From Candidatus Magasanikiibacteriota bacterium (GTDB lineage Bacteria > Patescibacteriota > Patescibacteriia > Magasanikbacterales > GWA2-37-8): a stretch of 64,000 nucleotides of DNA. Each line of letters opens with the position of its first letter. Within the stretch, counting starts at the first letter, position 1. The notes under the pieces were generated by a model, which worked only from the letters and a program-made list of their open reading frames with translations, did not search any database and was not told the origin of the DNA. Shown here piece by piece: positions 17,078-27,254 of this stretch. The stretch lies in NCBI GenBank assembly GCA_023246655.1, contig JAHFHX010000001.1, positions 28,648 to 92,647 on the forward strand. The letters are read 5' to 3'. The translations under genes and the position numbers were made by a program.

Positions 17078-18448
17078 ATGTCTCCAAAATCCAAATCCAA
17101 ACCCGAACCCGAACCAGCCGTTGCCCCAGCATCCCCGATTCCTGAGCATCACCACCTCGAAACCGCTGGAGCGGCTGTTAATTATCGTGATAGTTGGCGG
17201 ATTTTTAGAATTATTGCCGAAATGGTAGATGGTTACCAGTTTTTGGCTGATCTTACAAAAGAAGTCATCGTGCTTGGTTCAGCGCGCATCCCACCGAATA
17301 ATAAATATTATAAGATTGCAGAAGAATTGGGCAGGCTTTTGGGTAAACATGGCTTTACCACTGTTACCGGCGGCGGACCGGGCATTATGGAAGCAGCCAA
17401 TAAAGGTGCGTTTGAAGCTGGCGGTGAATCGGTAGGGCTTAATATTCAACTGCCTTTTGAACAACGCATTAACCCCTATGTTAAGAAGGCTACAGCGTTT
17501 TATTATTTTTTTACGCGAAAAGTAATGTTAACTTCACCGGGTAATGCCTTCGTTTTTTTCCCCGGCGGGTTTGGCACGTTTGATGAATTTTTTGAAGTGG
17601 TAGATTATATGGAACTGGGGTTTATGGAAAAAGCCCCCATTGTTCTTGTTGGAAAAGAGTTTTGGCAACCGGTTGTTAACTTTCTCCGAAAAAAATCTAT
17701 CGACGAAGTGCACGCCATTACTGAAGCTCATATCGCCAATTGGCATATTGTTGATACTGCTGAGGAGGCATATGAACTTGTTAAAGATGCACCTGACCAC
17801 CCCAACAGCTATCATGATGACCCTAAAAATCCGCTGTATCAGGCCGGCAGTGCCGATTGGCGTGTGTTCCGAATTATGGCGGAACTCGTAGATGGATTTG
17901 AATTCCTTACTAATATTCAAAATGATGTAACGGTGCTTGGCACGAAGAGCGTGACGCCAGGATCGCCGTATTACCAGGCGGCCTATGAGCTAGGAAAAAT
18001 ATTAGCAAAAAACCAACACGCTGTACTCACGGGCGGCGGCCCTGGTATCATGGAAGCTGCCAACAAGGGTGCGTTTGAGGGCAATGGTAAAAGTGTTGGT
18101 ATTAATGTAAATTTTGCTGGTAAAGAACGAATTAATAATTATATTACCAATTCAATTAGCTTCTTTTTCCCGTTTGTTCGCAAGCTCATTATTACCGCCC
18201 CGTCGGAAGCGTTTGTTTTCTTCCCCGGCGGGTTTGGCACGCTCCATCAGCTATTTGAGCTCTTAACGCTCCAAGAAACTAAAAAAATGGAACCGTTTCC
18301 CATTATGCTTTACGATAAACCATTTTGGCAGCCGCTGCTTGATATTGTGCATAATTTGTATGCTGAATTTAAAACTATCAGCCACATGGATGAACTTTTT
18401 ATTAAGACCATTAATAAGCCGGAAGAAGTGATGGTGTACCTGAAATAA
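17078..18448 (+). CDS. tandem LOG-family (TIGR00730-like) nucleotide phosphoribohydrolase
   Basis: Two copies each of TGGGPGIMEAANKGA and FPGGFGT. Confidence 0.9.
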   Translation: MSPKSKSKPEPEPAVAPASPIPEHHHLETAGAAVNYRDSWRIFRIIAEMVDGYQFLADLTKEVIVLGSARIPPNNKYYKIAEELGRLLGKHGFTTVTGGGPGIMEAANKGAFEAGGESVGLNIQLPFEQRINPYVKKATAFYYFFTRKVMLTSPGNAFVFFPGGFGTFDEFFEVVDYMELGFMEKAPIVLVGKEFWQPVVNFLRKKSIDEVHAITEAHIANWHIVDTAEEAYELVKDAPDHPNSYHDDPKNPLYQAGSADWRVFRIMAELVDGFEFLTNIQNDVTVLGTKSVTPGSPYYQAAYELGKILAKNQHAVLTGGGPGIMEAANKGAFEGNGKSVGINVNFAGKERINNYITNSISFFFPFVRKLIITAPSEAFVFFPGGFGTLHQLFELLTLQETKKMEPFPIMLYDKPFWQPLLDIVHNLYAEFKTISHMDELFIKTINKPEEVMVYLK

Positions 18449-18539
18449 AAGTTTGTAGCTGGTAGGAAGTAGCTTGTAGGAACGCGACTACACCACATCA
18501 TCGCTTACAAGCTACGAGCTTACTCCTCATTCCTCGTCA

Positions 18540-19334
18540 ATGATTCCTTTTTTTCAATCCAACACCATTCTCATTGGCCCCCTGACTATTCAAGTTTGGG
18601 GTTTAATGGTATCGCTGGGTATTATTGCGGGAGTGTTGGTTATGACTCGGCTTGCCAAAAAATTTTTTCTTTCTCAAGAGGTTGTGTTGGATCTGGCGAT
18701 GTGGAGTATTGTGGGTGGGTTTCTGGGAGCGCGTTTATTCCATGTTATTTTTTATCATCTTGATTATTATCTCTTGCATCCAAGTGAGGTGCTTAAATTT
18801 TGGCATGGTGGGGCGTCATCACTAGGTGGTTTTTTTGGGGCAGTAGTAGCAGTGTGGGTATTTGCCAAATGCCGCCATTTTACGTGGGCAGAACTTTTTC
18901 CCTATTTTGATATTGGTTCAGTTAGTTTTTGGCTCAGCTGGGGTATTGGAAGAATTGGATGTTTCTTAATTCATGATCATCCAGGAACGTTGTCGCATTT
19001 CATGTTGAGCGTACAGTTTCCCGCCGGCGCTCGGCATGATTTAGGATTGTACGATTCAATTCTTGGATTTGCATTGTTTGGCATTTTCATTTTGCTATTT
19101 AAACGATTCATTAAAACAGGTTGGGGATTTGTTGCTGGTTATTCCTGGATCGCATATGCAGTAGCTCGTTTTTTTCTTGATTTTTTTCGGGCGACTGATT
19201 TGGCCCAGAGTGATGTACGTTATGGCCACTTAACGCCAGCGCAGTGGGGGATGATAACACTTGTAATAGCATTGACCACCATACTTATTTTTGTTAAAGT
19301 TAAGCAGCCTAAGGAAAATAATGGGATAAAATAA
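18540..19334 (+). CDS. lgt: prolipoprotein diacylglyceryl transferase
   Basis: IGPLTIQVWG, GARLFHV, WHGG.SS.GG, GRIGCFL, RFFLDFFR. Confidence 0.92.
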   Translation: MIPFFQSNTILIGPLTIQVWGLMVSLGIIAGVLVMTRLAKKFFLSQEVVLDLAMWSIVGGFLGARLFHVIFYHLDYYLLHPSEVLKFWHGGASSLGGFFGAVVAVWVFAKCRHFTWAELFPYFDIGSVSFWLSWGIGRIGCFLIHDHPGTLSHFMLSVQFPAGARHDLGLYDSILGFALFGIFILLFKRFIKTGWGFVAGYSWIAYAVARFFLDFFRATDLAQSDVRYGHLTPAQWGMITLVIALTTILIFVKVKQPKENNGIK

Positions 19335-19343
19335 TTTTTTTCT

Positions 19344-19429
19344 GGAGAGTTCGCATAGTTGGTCTAGTGCGCACGCTTGGAAAGCGTGTATACCGAAAGG
19401 TATCGAGGGTTCGAATCCCTCACTCTCCG
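19344..19429 (+). tRNA. tRNA-Ser(GGA)
   Basis: GGAGAGT acceptor stem, CACGC-TTGGAAA-GCGTG anticodon arm, long variable arm, GTTCGAATCC. Confidence 0.96.
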
Positions 19430-19483
19430 CTTTCACCTCGCCGTAGCTTGAGCGAAGGTGGGTAAGCAATTCTAAATTGATGT

Positions 19484-20200
19484 ATGTTAGCTTCCATTTG
19501 GCACACCATACTCTATCAGCCACTTTTTAATGCTTTAATTTTTATTTATAATTCTATTGCCAACCACAACCTTGGTTGGGCGGTGATTTGGCTTACTATT
19601 TTATTGCGTATTGTTCTGTTGCCACTTTCTATTATTTCGGAATTAGCCGCTTTGCGCCAGCAGAAAGCGAATGCCGAGGCTGCTAAAGCGCTGGAAGCCT
19701 TTAAAGGTGATCGGGTTGCCCAACAAGAAGCGGTTCGCAAAATTATAAAGAAATTTCATATCTCACCTTGGGCGAAAGTTATATCGCTGGGAATCCAGGT
19801 GTTGGTATTAATAGTATTGTACCAAGTTTTTATCAATGGTATTGGTGGACAAAAAATTTTTAAAACCCTCTATCCATCTATTGATTTTCCCGGTAAAATT
19901 AATACTAGTTTTTATGGTTTTGAAATCGGTCACCGGCACGATTATCTTTGGGCTGGCATCGCAGCAATCTATTTACTCATCTCAATTCTTATAGAGAAGC
20001 GCCAAATTCAGAGTTGGCAAAAATCGGAAATGTACTTTTTGTTGTTTTTCCCCCTTTTTACCTTCGTAGCCTTGTGGTATCTGCCAATGGTAAAGTCGCT
20101 TTTTATTTTGACAACCATGATTTTTTCTGATATAGTTAGTATCATGTGGGCGCTTGTTGTGTGGATGTTTAAATCAAAGCCAGCTGGGGCACACCATTAG
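19484..20200 (+). CDS. yidC: YidC/Oxa1 membrane protein insertase (short form)
   Basis: LYQPLFNAL, NLGWAVIWLTILLRIVLLPL; TM pattern. Confidence 0.8.
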   Translation: MLASIWHTILYQPLFNALIFIYNSIANHNLGWAVIWLTILLRIVLLPLSIISELAALRQQKANAEAAKALEAFKGDRVAQQEAVRKIIKKFHISPWAKVISLGIQVLVLIVLYQVFINGIGGQKIFKTLYPSIDFPGKINTSFYGFEIGHRHDYLWAGIAAIYLLISILIEKRQIQSWQKSEMYFLLFFPLFTFVALWYLPMVKSLFILTTMIFSDIVSIMWALVVWMFKSKPAGAHH

Positions 20201-20283
20201 TGTTTTAAAGTTTTTAGCAAGGAATCTTCTTCTCTCGCGACCTGCTCGCTCAGAAGTGAATTTCCTTGCGAAAGGAAATTCAT

Positions 20284-20856
20284 ATGTCTTCCGAATCCCT
20301 CGACAAGTTAATGTACTCCTTCGTCGTCGATGACGTTTTAAAGGGGCTTTTTATTTATGTCCCCCCCGGCTACGTAGCGTGTGTGTATGATCTTGGCCGC
20401 GGCGTCCTCAAGAAAGTTTTGACCCCTGGGCTTCATTTTAAAATTCCTTTTTGGCAAAAAGCCAAATTATTTAATGTCCAAACCCTTGAGTATAGCATCT
20501 CTCGTCAATTCAACCTGGAACATGAACGGTCACTTGGTGATATCCCGATTGCCGCGGTTACCCAAGATGGTAAACGCGTAGGGGTAGAAGGGACGGTGCT
20601 CCTGCGCTTAGATATTCATCAGGTACCCTCTATCTGGCAAACTATTGGCGAAGATTTTGTTGCCAAAATTATTCGTCCCGCCATTCGTAGTCGTGTGCGC
20701 ATGGTCTTTAGTCATTATGATTATCAAGATATTATTGGTCCACAGCGTGATGCGGTTGAGATGGAGTTAAAGAATGAACTGGAACGCATTTTCTATGCGC
20801 GCGGAATTTATGTGGAAAATATTTTGCTAAGTGAGATATCGCCGATAAACCAGTAA
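20284..20856 (+). CDS. SPFH/prohibitin (Band 7) domain protein
   Basis: VPPG..., LTPGLHFKIPFWQ, IIRPAIRS.VR. Confidence 0.85.
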   Translation: MSSESLDKLMYSFVVDDVLKGLFIYVPPGYVACVYDLGRGVLKKVLTPGLHFKIPFWQKAKLFNVQTLEYSISRQFNLEHERSLGDIPIAAVTQDGKRVGVEGTVLLRLDIHQVPSIWQTIGEDFVAKIIRPAIRSRVRMVFSHYDYQDIIGPQRDAVEMELKNELERIFYARGIYVENILLSEISPINQ

Positions 20857-20858
20857 AA

Positions 20859-20975
20859 CAAAATCCCAAATTTCAAGTATCAAATTTCAAATAAGCACCA
20901 AATCCAAAATTTTAAATTTTGAGATTTGAAAATGGTGATTTATTTTGGATTTGGAATTTGTTATTTGGGATTTTT
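20859..20975. repeat. 7-mer inverted repeat array (CAAATYY / RRATTTG)
   Basis: Tandem caaatttc/caaatcc units mirrored by gatttg/gaatttg units. Confidence 0.75.
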
Positions 20976-20996
20976 TAGTTGTGTATAATTTCTCTC

Positions 20997-21049
20997 TTGA
21001 CAGTATTGGTAGCCGTGGTATATTATCACTCAGATAGTTCGAGTGCTAA
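20997..21049 (+). promoter_or_regulatory. promoter plus CIRCE operator
   Basis: TTGACA-N16-TATATT overlapping TTATCACTC-N9-GAGTGCTAA (21023-21049; one mismatch to the CIRCE consensus). Confidence 0.9.
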
Positions 21050-21054
21050 TTTTT

Positions 21055-21741
21055 ATGGAGCAACGTCAACAACAGCTTCTTGGCTTAGTTATAAATAATT
21101 ACGTGGCGACCGCCGAGCCAGTGGGGTCACGTTTTTTGGTAGAAAAAGCTGGACTCGATTGGAGTGAAGCAACAGTTCGCAACGAATTACGGGAACTTGA
21201 AGAGGAAGGGTATTTAACTCATCCTCATACTTCAGCGGGGCGCTTGCCAACCCTCAAAGGGTATCAGTATTATTTAAGTACGATTAATTTTAGTGAACTG
21301 AAATTGCCAAGACAAGAAAGCGCGTTGCTCGAGAAGTCGGTGCAGGCAGGAGGAGATTATGAAGGAGCGCGTAAGAATCTGGCCAAGGCGATTGTAGAAC
21401 TATCGCATGAGATGGTCCTGGTAGCTTTTTCCGCGGATTTCGTGTACTATACTGGCCTGTCAAACTTATTTCAAAAGCCGGATTTTTTTGATCGAGCGAT
21501 TGTAGCTAATATTTCTGAAGTCTTTGATCGTTGTGAGGAAGTGATCCCCGATTTTTTTGAAGACGTTCCCGAAGAGCCAAAGTTTTTCTTAGGGGATGAG
21601 CATCCGTTTGGTGAAATGCTGAGTGTTGTTTCCATGCGGTTTGGGAAAAATGGAGAGTCGCTGATCGCGCTCCTAGGGCCCCAGCGGATGGACTATAAGC
21701 ATAACTGGGAATTAATGAGTAAAGCGAAGGAATTGATTTGA
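21055..21741 (+). CDS. hrcA: heat-inducible transcription repressor HrcA (short form)
   Basis: EPVGS, SEATVRNEL, HPHTSAGRLPT, LGPQRMDY. Confidence 0.92.
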   Translation: MEQRQQQLLGLVINNYVATAEPVGSRFLVEKAGLDWSEATVRNELRELEEEGYLTHPHTSAGRLPTLKGYQYYLSTINFSELKLPRQESALLEKSVQAGGDYEGARKNLAKAIVELSHEMVLVAFSADFVYYTGLSNLFQKPDFFDRAIVANISEVFDRCEEVIPDFFEDVPEEPKFFLGDEHPFGEMLSVVSMRFGKNGESLIALLGPQRMDYKHNWELMSKAKELI

Positions 21742-21745
21742 TTGC

Positions 21746-21792
21746 GTCATTGCGAGGAAGACGATTCGCATCGGCTGACTTGGCAATCCCCC
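21746..21792. repeat. partial GTCATTGCGAG element
   Basis: gtcattgcgagg...ggcaatcccc, left half only. Confidence 0.65.
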
Positions 21793-21846
21793 TGCTTTCA
21801 GAACCAAGATTGAAAGATTAGAAGATTAAAAGATTGATATATTATT

Positions 21847-22386
21847 ATGCCCAACGATCAACAAAATATAAATCAAGATGAAGCGGAATTGAGCGAAGCG
21901 CCTGTTGCTCCTGTGGAAGAATCAGCATCTGAATGCCCCAATTGCGCAGTCGTTAAAGCCGAAGCCGCTGAATACAAACAAGGCTGGCAACGGGCGATAG
22001 CAGATTATCAAAATCTCCAAAAAGAAACTCGCGAGCGTCGTCAGGAATGGTTAGAAATGAGCGAGTTGCAGATTTTGGAAGAGTTTATTCCGGTGTATGA
22101 TAATTTTCGTAAAGCGTGGAACGTGGAACGTGGAACGTTTGGCCCCGAGGTGCAGAATTGGATAAAAGGCGTTGAATATATTAAAAAACAATTTGGGGAT
22201 ATTTTAAAAACACATAAGATTGAAGAAATTAAAACCGTGGGAGAAAAGTTTGATCCGAAGTTTCATGAAACTATCGGCGAAGAAGAAGACGAACAGGAGT
22301 CAGGGACGATATTGCGAGAGATTGATGGTGGGTACACCATGGGTGGACGGGTGATAAAGGCAGCTAAGGTAGTGATAGCGAAGTAA
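21847..22386 (+). CDS. grpE: nucleotide exchange factor GrpE
   Basis: RAIADYQN, FDPKFHE, GYTMGGRVIKAAKV. Confidence 0.95.
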   Translation: MPNDQQNINQDEAELSEAPVAPVEESASECPNCAVVKAEAAEYKQGWQRAIADYQNLQKETRERRQEWLEMSELQILEEFIPVYDNFRKAWNVERGTFGPEVQNWIKGVEYIKKQFGDILKTHKIEEIKTVGEKFDPKFHETIGEEEDEQESGTILREIDGGYTMGGRVIKAAKVVIAK

Positions 22387-22510
22387 TTTTCAATGATCAT
22401 TGAAATATTGTAAATTGATTGAAAATTAAAAATTGTAAATTGAAAATTTTAAACTTACTTTTAATACAGCAGTTGGTCAAACGGCCATCGGCTGGTCTAA
22501 GGAGAAAAGT

Positions 22511-22960
22511 ATGTCGTTAATCCGTTGGTCTCCTCTGTTCGACCCATTCCAGGACATGGACGAAATGTTTAATTGTCTCCAAGGCGTAATGCCAATGGGG
22601 CAACAAATGAAAGCGTTTGTTCCAGCTATTAATATGTATGAGACAGATCAAGCGGTTGTTATCGAAACGCCGCTCGCTGGTGTTAATCCCGAAGATGTTG
22701 AGGTGAGTGTGCAAAAAGGCGTTTTAATTCTTAAGGGTGAAAGCAAGAAAGAGCACGAAGTGGACGAGAAGAATTACTATCGCAAAGAAGTGCGGAGCGG
22801 TTCATTCTATCGTGAAGTTGCTTTACCGAGCCCGGTGATGGAAGATAAAGTCAGTGCCGAGTTTGAGAATGGTATGCTTAAGGTGACTTGTCCAAAAGCC
22901 GCATCGGCGGTAATGAAGAAGGTGAATGTAAAATTTATTAAGAAGGAAAATAAAAAGTAG
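22511..22960 (+). CDS. Hsp20 / alpha-crystallin small heat shock protein
   Basis: PAINMYET, LAGVNPEDVEV, RSGSFYREVALP, AEFENGML. Confidence 0.94.
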   Translation: MSLIRWSPLFDPFQDMDEMFNCLQGVMPMGQQMKAFVPAINMYETDQAVVIETPLAGVNPEDVEVSVQKGVLILKGESKKEHEVDEKNYYRKEVRSGSFYREVALPSPVMEDKVSAEFENGMLKVTCPKAASAVMKKVNVKFIKKENKK

Positions 22961-22974
22961 ACATTGTAAGCAAT

Positions 22975-23577
22975 ATGGCCGAAGGACCACCACGAAGGGA
23001 TTCAAAAAAAGGTATTGCAGCCCTTGTCGCTGGGGGAGTTGCTCTTGGCGCTGCTGGGGTTTGGTTGGCCAATGAAGCCCATCAAGAAGTCGCGCAACCG
23101 TCCAGGCAGGTAGCGCCCAGACAACCACGAGAACGAAGAGCACCAGCGCCAGCAGCAACGCCGTCACCAGATTTTAGTATTTTGCCACCTGGTGAACGAG
23201 CAGTGCGCCGAGGTTCTGAAGACGACCCGGATGCATCGGATCGCCCACTGACCGAAGCGGAAGTTTTGGCGGTACTTGCAGAAGGGGACACGGCAGAACA
23301 GGCGGACAAAATTTTTGAGTATCTAAAGCCTCCCAGGATTCATAATTTAGAAAAGATTCAGTATAGCGAAGAAGGACACGTTTTTGAAGTCTATAGCAAT
23401 ACCCAACCAAGCGGCCCGCCGATTGCTCAATTTAAAATTCATGAAGCTTCCGGCGGATCATTATCATTTTTGTACCGGCCAATTGTGAGTGTTGCAGAGG
23501 TAACGCCTGAGGAAAAAGAATGTCATAATTTGGGAGAATTAGAGAGCGCTCTTGTATCAACTATTGTAGGTAGATAA
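22975..23577 (+). CDS. hypothetical protein with N-terminal membrane anchor/signal
   Basis: KKGIAALVAGGVALGAAGVWL followed by a Pro/Arg linker. Confidence 0.7.
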   Translation: MAEGPPRRDSKKGIAALVAGGVALGAAGVWLANEAHQEVAQPSRQVAPRQPRERRAPAPAATPSPDFSILPPGERAVRRGSEDDPDASDRPLTEAEVLAVLAEGDTAEQADKIFEYLKPPRIHNLEKIQYSEEGHVFEVYSNTQPSGPPIAQFKIHEASGGSLSFLYRPIVSVAEVTPEEKECHNLGELESALVSTIVGR

Positions 23578-23639
23578 TTAATAACTTTAGTTATTGTAGT
23601 GGGTTGTTATTTGCTTATTGTTAGTTGTTCATTATTACT

Positions 23640-24038
23640 ATGCCAACATCCAAATCTGATCTAGCCAAACTTACCAAACTCGGTAAACCGTCCAAGGCCT
23701 CCCGTACGCTCGAAGTATTCCCGAATCACGCTCCTAAAGGTAGCATGGAAGTGACACTCTACTGTACCGAGTTTACTTGTCGTTGTCCGCTGACTAATCA
23801 ACCGGATTATGCCGAAATTGAAATTGTATATGTGCCCGATAAGTATGTGGTGGAGTCTAAGTCTATGAAATTATATTTGGAAACGTATCGCGAGGAAGGC
23901 GTGTTTCATGAACATTTGGCAATGGATATTGGGAAGGATTTTGTACAGTTTGTAAGGCCAAAAGAAAGTATAGTAAAGGTTCGTTTTAATTCTCGAGGCG
24001 GAATTGCTATAACTGCTGAATGGAAATACAAAAAGTAA
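23640..24038 (+). CDS. queF: NADPH-dependent preQ0 (7-cyano-7-deazaguanine) reductase, type I
   Basis: EFTCRCPLTNQPDYA, VESKSMKLYL, FHE, RGGI. Confidence 0.92.
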   Translation: MPTSKSDLAKLTKLGKPSKASRTLEVFPNHAPKGSMEVTLYCTEFTCRCPLTNQPDYAEIEIVYVPDKYVVESKSMKLYLETYREEGVFHEHLAMDIGKDFVQFVRPKESIVKVRFNSRGGIAITAEWKYKK

Positions 24039-24048
24039 CTAAATTTAT

Positions 24049-24483
24049 ATGAGAAACTTAAAACCCGGAGAGCTTGTCGCTGGCTTGGTAGTAGCCGCTG
24101 GGTTAGGTGGGCTCGCTGGAAAAGAAATGTTTTCTGCAACACAGCAACCAGGTATACATACCGAAGTTCGTAATGGAGATCAGGAAAAGATAATCCAAGG
24201 TTTAGAGAAAAAACTCAAAATGAGTTTTCCAGGCACCACGGTTGTTCATACTAGAGATACGCTGCAGATTCTACCGCCAGGATTGCACGGTGAGGTGTAT
24301 ACGAGCTACGTAATTGAATTAACTATTGATACTCATGGTGGAAAAGTTGAGATTAGCGATAGTAGTCCAGCCTCTGTTGCTGAGGAACAATTAGTTGATG
24401 ATTTTGCTGCTATACAAAGGGTGGTTGCAGAAAGATTAACAAAACTTGATGAGTGGAGGAAATCGTTACAAGCGGTTGATTAG
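24049..24483 (+). CDS. hypothetical protein with N-terminal hydrophobic segment
   Basis: LVAGLVVAAGLGGLAG; fills the operon gap. Confidence 0.7.
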   Translation: MRNLKPGELVAGLVVAAGLGGLAGKEMFSATQQPGIHTEVRNGDQEKIIQGLEKKLKMSFPGTTVVHTRDTLQILPPGLHGEVYTSYVIELTIDTHGGKVEISDSSPASVAEEQLVDDFAAIQRVVAERLTKLDEWRKSLQAVD

Positions 24484-24525
24484 CTAACATTAAAAGATTT
24501 TGTTTATGGAGTAATAGTGTATAGT

Positions 24526-25218
24526 ATGAGTTGGTTAGAAGGAAAGAAAAAGTATATGTTGGGTTTGGCGGCTGGTTTATCTCTGTGGGGAATAACCAGA
24601 GATGAACCAGAAAAATCGATGCCGAAAGATAAGCCAGTAAAGACTGTTCAGACCAAGCAAGACAACAGCGAAATTCAGCAAGCTTTTTGGCGCCAACGAG
24701 CCGAGGAACTAGCACAGGAACAAGCTGCAGCGCAACTAACAAAAGCAGGAGAACAAATTAGTCCTCGTGTTGATTCCTCGCTAGAAGACGATGAAGAAGC
24801 TGACGAAATTTCACCAGCTGATGTTACCGAGATATTTAAGAGACTCGAGAAAGCTCGGGTTACCAAACAGTTCTTAGAACAAAATGTTCCTGGCCTTAAA
24901 GCTAAAATGTCAGATGACGGCGAAGAATTATTAGTGGCCTTTCCTAATGAAAAAGGAGAAGCTATAGAAACAGATATTCTTTCTTTAGATCTAACTGAAT
25001 CAGAAACAGTTGGAGTGGGGACGTTAACTGATTTTGATGCTTTGGTAAGCGTTCCGGCCAACAATTTAAGAAGACTTGCAGAGGTGGTAAGAAAAAAATT
25101 TATTGTTTTAGCTAAAAATAAAGAATTATTCGAAGGCAAAGACCATGATGATATAGAAGCGCAGAATCAGATTATTAACGTGATAAGAGAACAAGGCCTG
25201 CCGATGAGAGACCAGTGA
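24526..25218 (+). CDS. hypothetical protein with N-terminal hydrophobic segment
   Basis: GKKKYMLGLAAGLSLWG; acidic body. Confidence 0.7.
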   Translation: MSWLEGKKKYMLGLAAGLSLWGITRDEPEKSMPKDKPVKTVQTKQDNSEIQQAFWRQRAEELAQEQAAAQLTKAGEQISPRVDSSLEDDEEADEISPADVTEIFKRLEKARVTKQFLEQNVPGLKAKMSDDGEELLVAFPNEKGEAIETDILSLDLTESETVGVGTLTDFDALVSVPANNLRRLAEVVRKKFIVLAKNKELFEGKDHDDIEAQNQIINVIREQGLPMRDQ

Positions 25219-25260
25219 GCAAATTGATTAATTTATTTAATTTTTTTTATTTATAATTTT

Positions 25261-27177
25261 ATGTCCAAGGTTTTAGGTATAGATTTGGGCACCACTAACT
25301 CTTGTGTTGCCATCATTGAAGGTGGTCAACCGAAAGTATTAGAAAATAAAGAAGGCGCGCGCACCACGCCCAGTATTGTCGCGATCTCCAAATCGGGTGA
25401 ACGGCTTGTGGGTCAGCTTGCGAAGCGCCAAGCGGTCACGAACGCGGAAAATACGTTGTATTCTATTAAGCGTTTAATTGGTCGCAAATGGGATGATGCG
25501 GAAGTTCAGCGCGACCTTAAACTCATGCCGTATAAAATCGTCAAAAGCGGCGAAGGCGTGAAAGTTGTTATGCAGGGGAAAGAATATAGCCCTCAAGAAA
25601 TTTCCGCGATGATACTCGGCAAAATAAAAGCGGACGCGGAAGAGCGGTTGGGCGAAAAAATTACCGAAGCTGTCATCACCGTGCCGGCCTACTTTGACGA
25701 CGCGCAACGCCAAGCCACGAAAGATGCCGGTGAAATTGCTGGCCTCAAAGTACTCCGCATTATTAATGAACCAACTGCTGCTGCGCTCGCGTACGGATTT
25801 GATAAGAAGAAGGATGAAAAAATTGTGGTGTACGATTTGGGTGGTGGTACGTTTGATGTCTCGATTCTCGAAGTGAGCGCCGATTCCGTGCAAGTGTTGT
25901 CAACAAATGGCGACACACACCTCGGTGGTGATGATTTTGATCAGATCCTCATCCGCTGGATTATTGATGAATTCAAGCGTAGTGAGGGAATTGATTTAGG
26001 CAAAGATAATTTAGCTCTCCAGCGCATTAAAGAAGCTGCCGAAAAAGCGAAGATTGAATTGTCCACCGCGCAAGATACTGAAATCAATCAGCCCTTCATC
26101 ACCAGCGATGCCAACGGCCCCAAACATTTGGTAATGAAACTCACACGTTCAAAATTGGAAGAACTCGTCGGTGAATTGGTGGAGAAAACCCTCGGCCCCG
26201 TGCGCCAGGCGCTTACGGACGCCAAACTTTCGGCGAGCGACCTTAACGAAGTGGTGATGGTCGGCGGAATGACCCGCATGCCGCTCGTGCTCGCCACGGT
26301 CGAAAAATTTTTCAACAAAAAACCAAACATTAGCGTGAACCCGGATGAAGTGGTCGCAGTTGGTGCAGCCGTGCAAGGTGGCGTGCTCCGTGGCGATGTT
26401 AAGGATGTGCTCCTCCTCGATGTTACTCCGCTTTCCTTTGGTATTGAAACCATGGGTAGCGTAATGACCAAACTTATTGAGAGGAATACCACCATCCCGA
26501 CCTCAAAGTCTCAAGTTTTCTCAACAGCCGCCGATAGTCAGCCGAGCGTGGAAATTCATGTGCTCCAAGGGGAAAGACCTATGGCCGCGGACAACAAAAC
26601 ACTCGGTCGGTTCATTCTCGATGGCATTCCGCCAGCCCCACGCGGCGTGCCGCAAATTGAGGTGAGCTTTGACATTGACGCCAACGGCATTCTCCATGTG
26701 AAGGCCAAAGACAAAGCCACCAACAAAGAACAATCCATCCGTATTGAGTCATCTTCTGGTCTTTCCAAAGAAGAAATTGAGAAGATGAAAAAAGATGCGG
26801 AAATGCACGCTGAGGAAGATAAAAAGAAACAGGAACTTATCGAAGCTCGCAACATTGCTGACACGATGATGTATACTACGGAGAAGATGATGAAAGAAAT
26901 TGAGGAGAAGAAAGTCGCGAGCGTTACCGATGACGAAAAGAAAGCGGTGACTGATAACCTTGCCAAAGTGAAGGAAGTAAAAGATAAAGATGATGTGGAA
27001 GCGATTAAAAAAGCGGCCGATGAGTTGTCCAAAGCCGCGCAAGCGGTGGGGATGAAGATGTATTCTGCTACGCAGAGCGCAGATAAGGGCGCTGATGGCA
27101 ACGCCGCTGATAACGCTGATAAAAAATCTGACGACAAAGGGCCAATTGAAGGGGAAGTGGTTGATGATAAAAAGTAA
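25261..27177 (+). CDS. dnaK: chaperone DnaK (Hsp70)
   Basis: [30 protein letters not shown]. Confidence 0.99.
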   Translation: MSKVLGIDLGTTNSCVAIIEGGQPKVLENKEGARTTPSIVAISKSGERLVGQLAKRQAVTNAENTLYSIKRLIGRKWDDAEVQRDLKLMPYKIVKSGEGVKVVMQGKEYSPQEISAMILGKIKADAEERLGEKITEAVITVPAYFDDAQRQATKDAGEIAGLKVLRIINEPTAAALAYGFDKKKDEKIVVYDLGGGTFDVSILEVSADSVQVLSTNGDTHLGGDDFDQILIRWIIDEFKRSEGIDLGKDNLALQRIKEAAEKAKIELSTAQDTEINQPFITSDANGPKHLVMKLTRSKLEELVGELVEKTLGPVRQALTDAKLSASDLNEVVMVGGMTRMPLVLATVEKFFNKKPNISVNPDEVVAVGAAVQGGVLRGDVKDVLLLDVTPLSFGIETMGSVMTKLIERNTTIPTSKSQVFSTAADSQPSVEIHVLQGERPMAADNKTLGRFILDGIPPAPRGVPQIEVSFDIDANGILHVKAKDKATNKEQSIRIESSSGLSKEEIEKMKKDAEMHAEEDKKKQELIEARNIADTMMYTTEKMMKEIEEKKVASVTDDEKKAVTDNLAKVKEVKDKDDVEAIKKAADELSKAAQAVGMKMYSATQSADKGADGNAADNADKKSDDKGPIEGEVVDDKK

Positions 27178-27254
27178 AATTGCACACGATACAATAGACA
27201 TGGAAAAAGATACAATTTGTATCTTGCTACGTGTATTTTGTATCGTGTTTCTCT

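Noticed and set aside
7054-19429. Prophage or island integrated at tRNA-Phe or tRNA-Ser
   Set aside because: No integrase or phage genes, no duplicated tRNA 3' end seen, and core genes are interspersed throughout
22467-22510. ROSE-type RNA thermometer before hsp20
   Set aside because: A hairpin is present, but the AAGGAG SD lies outside it and no U(U/C)GCU motif pairs with it
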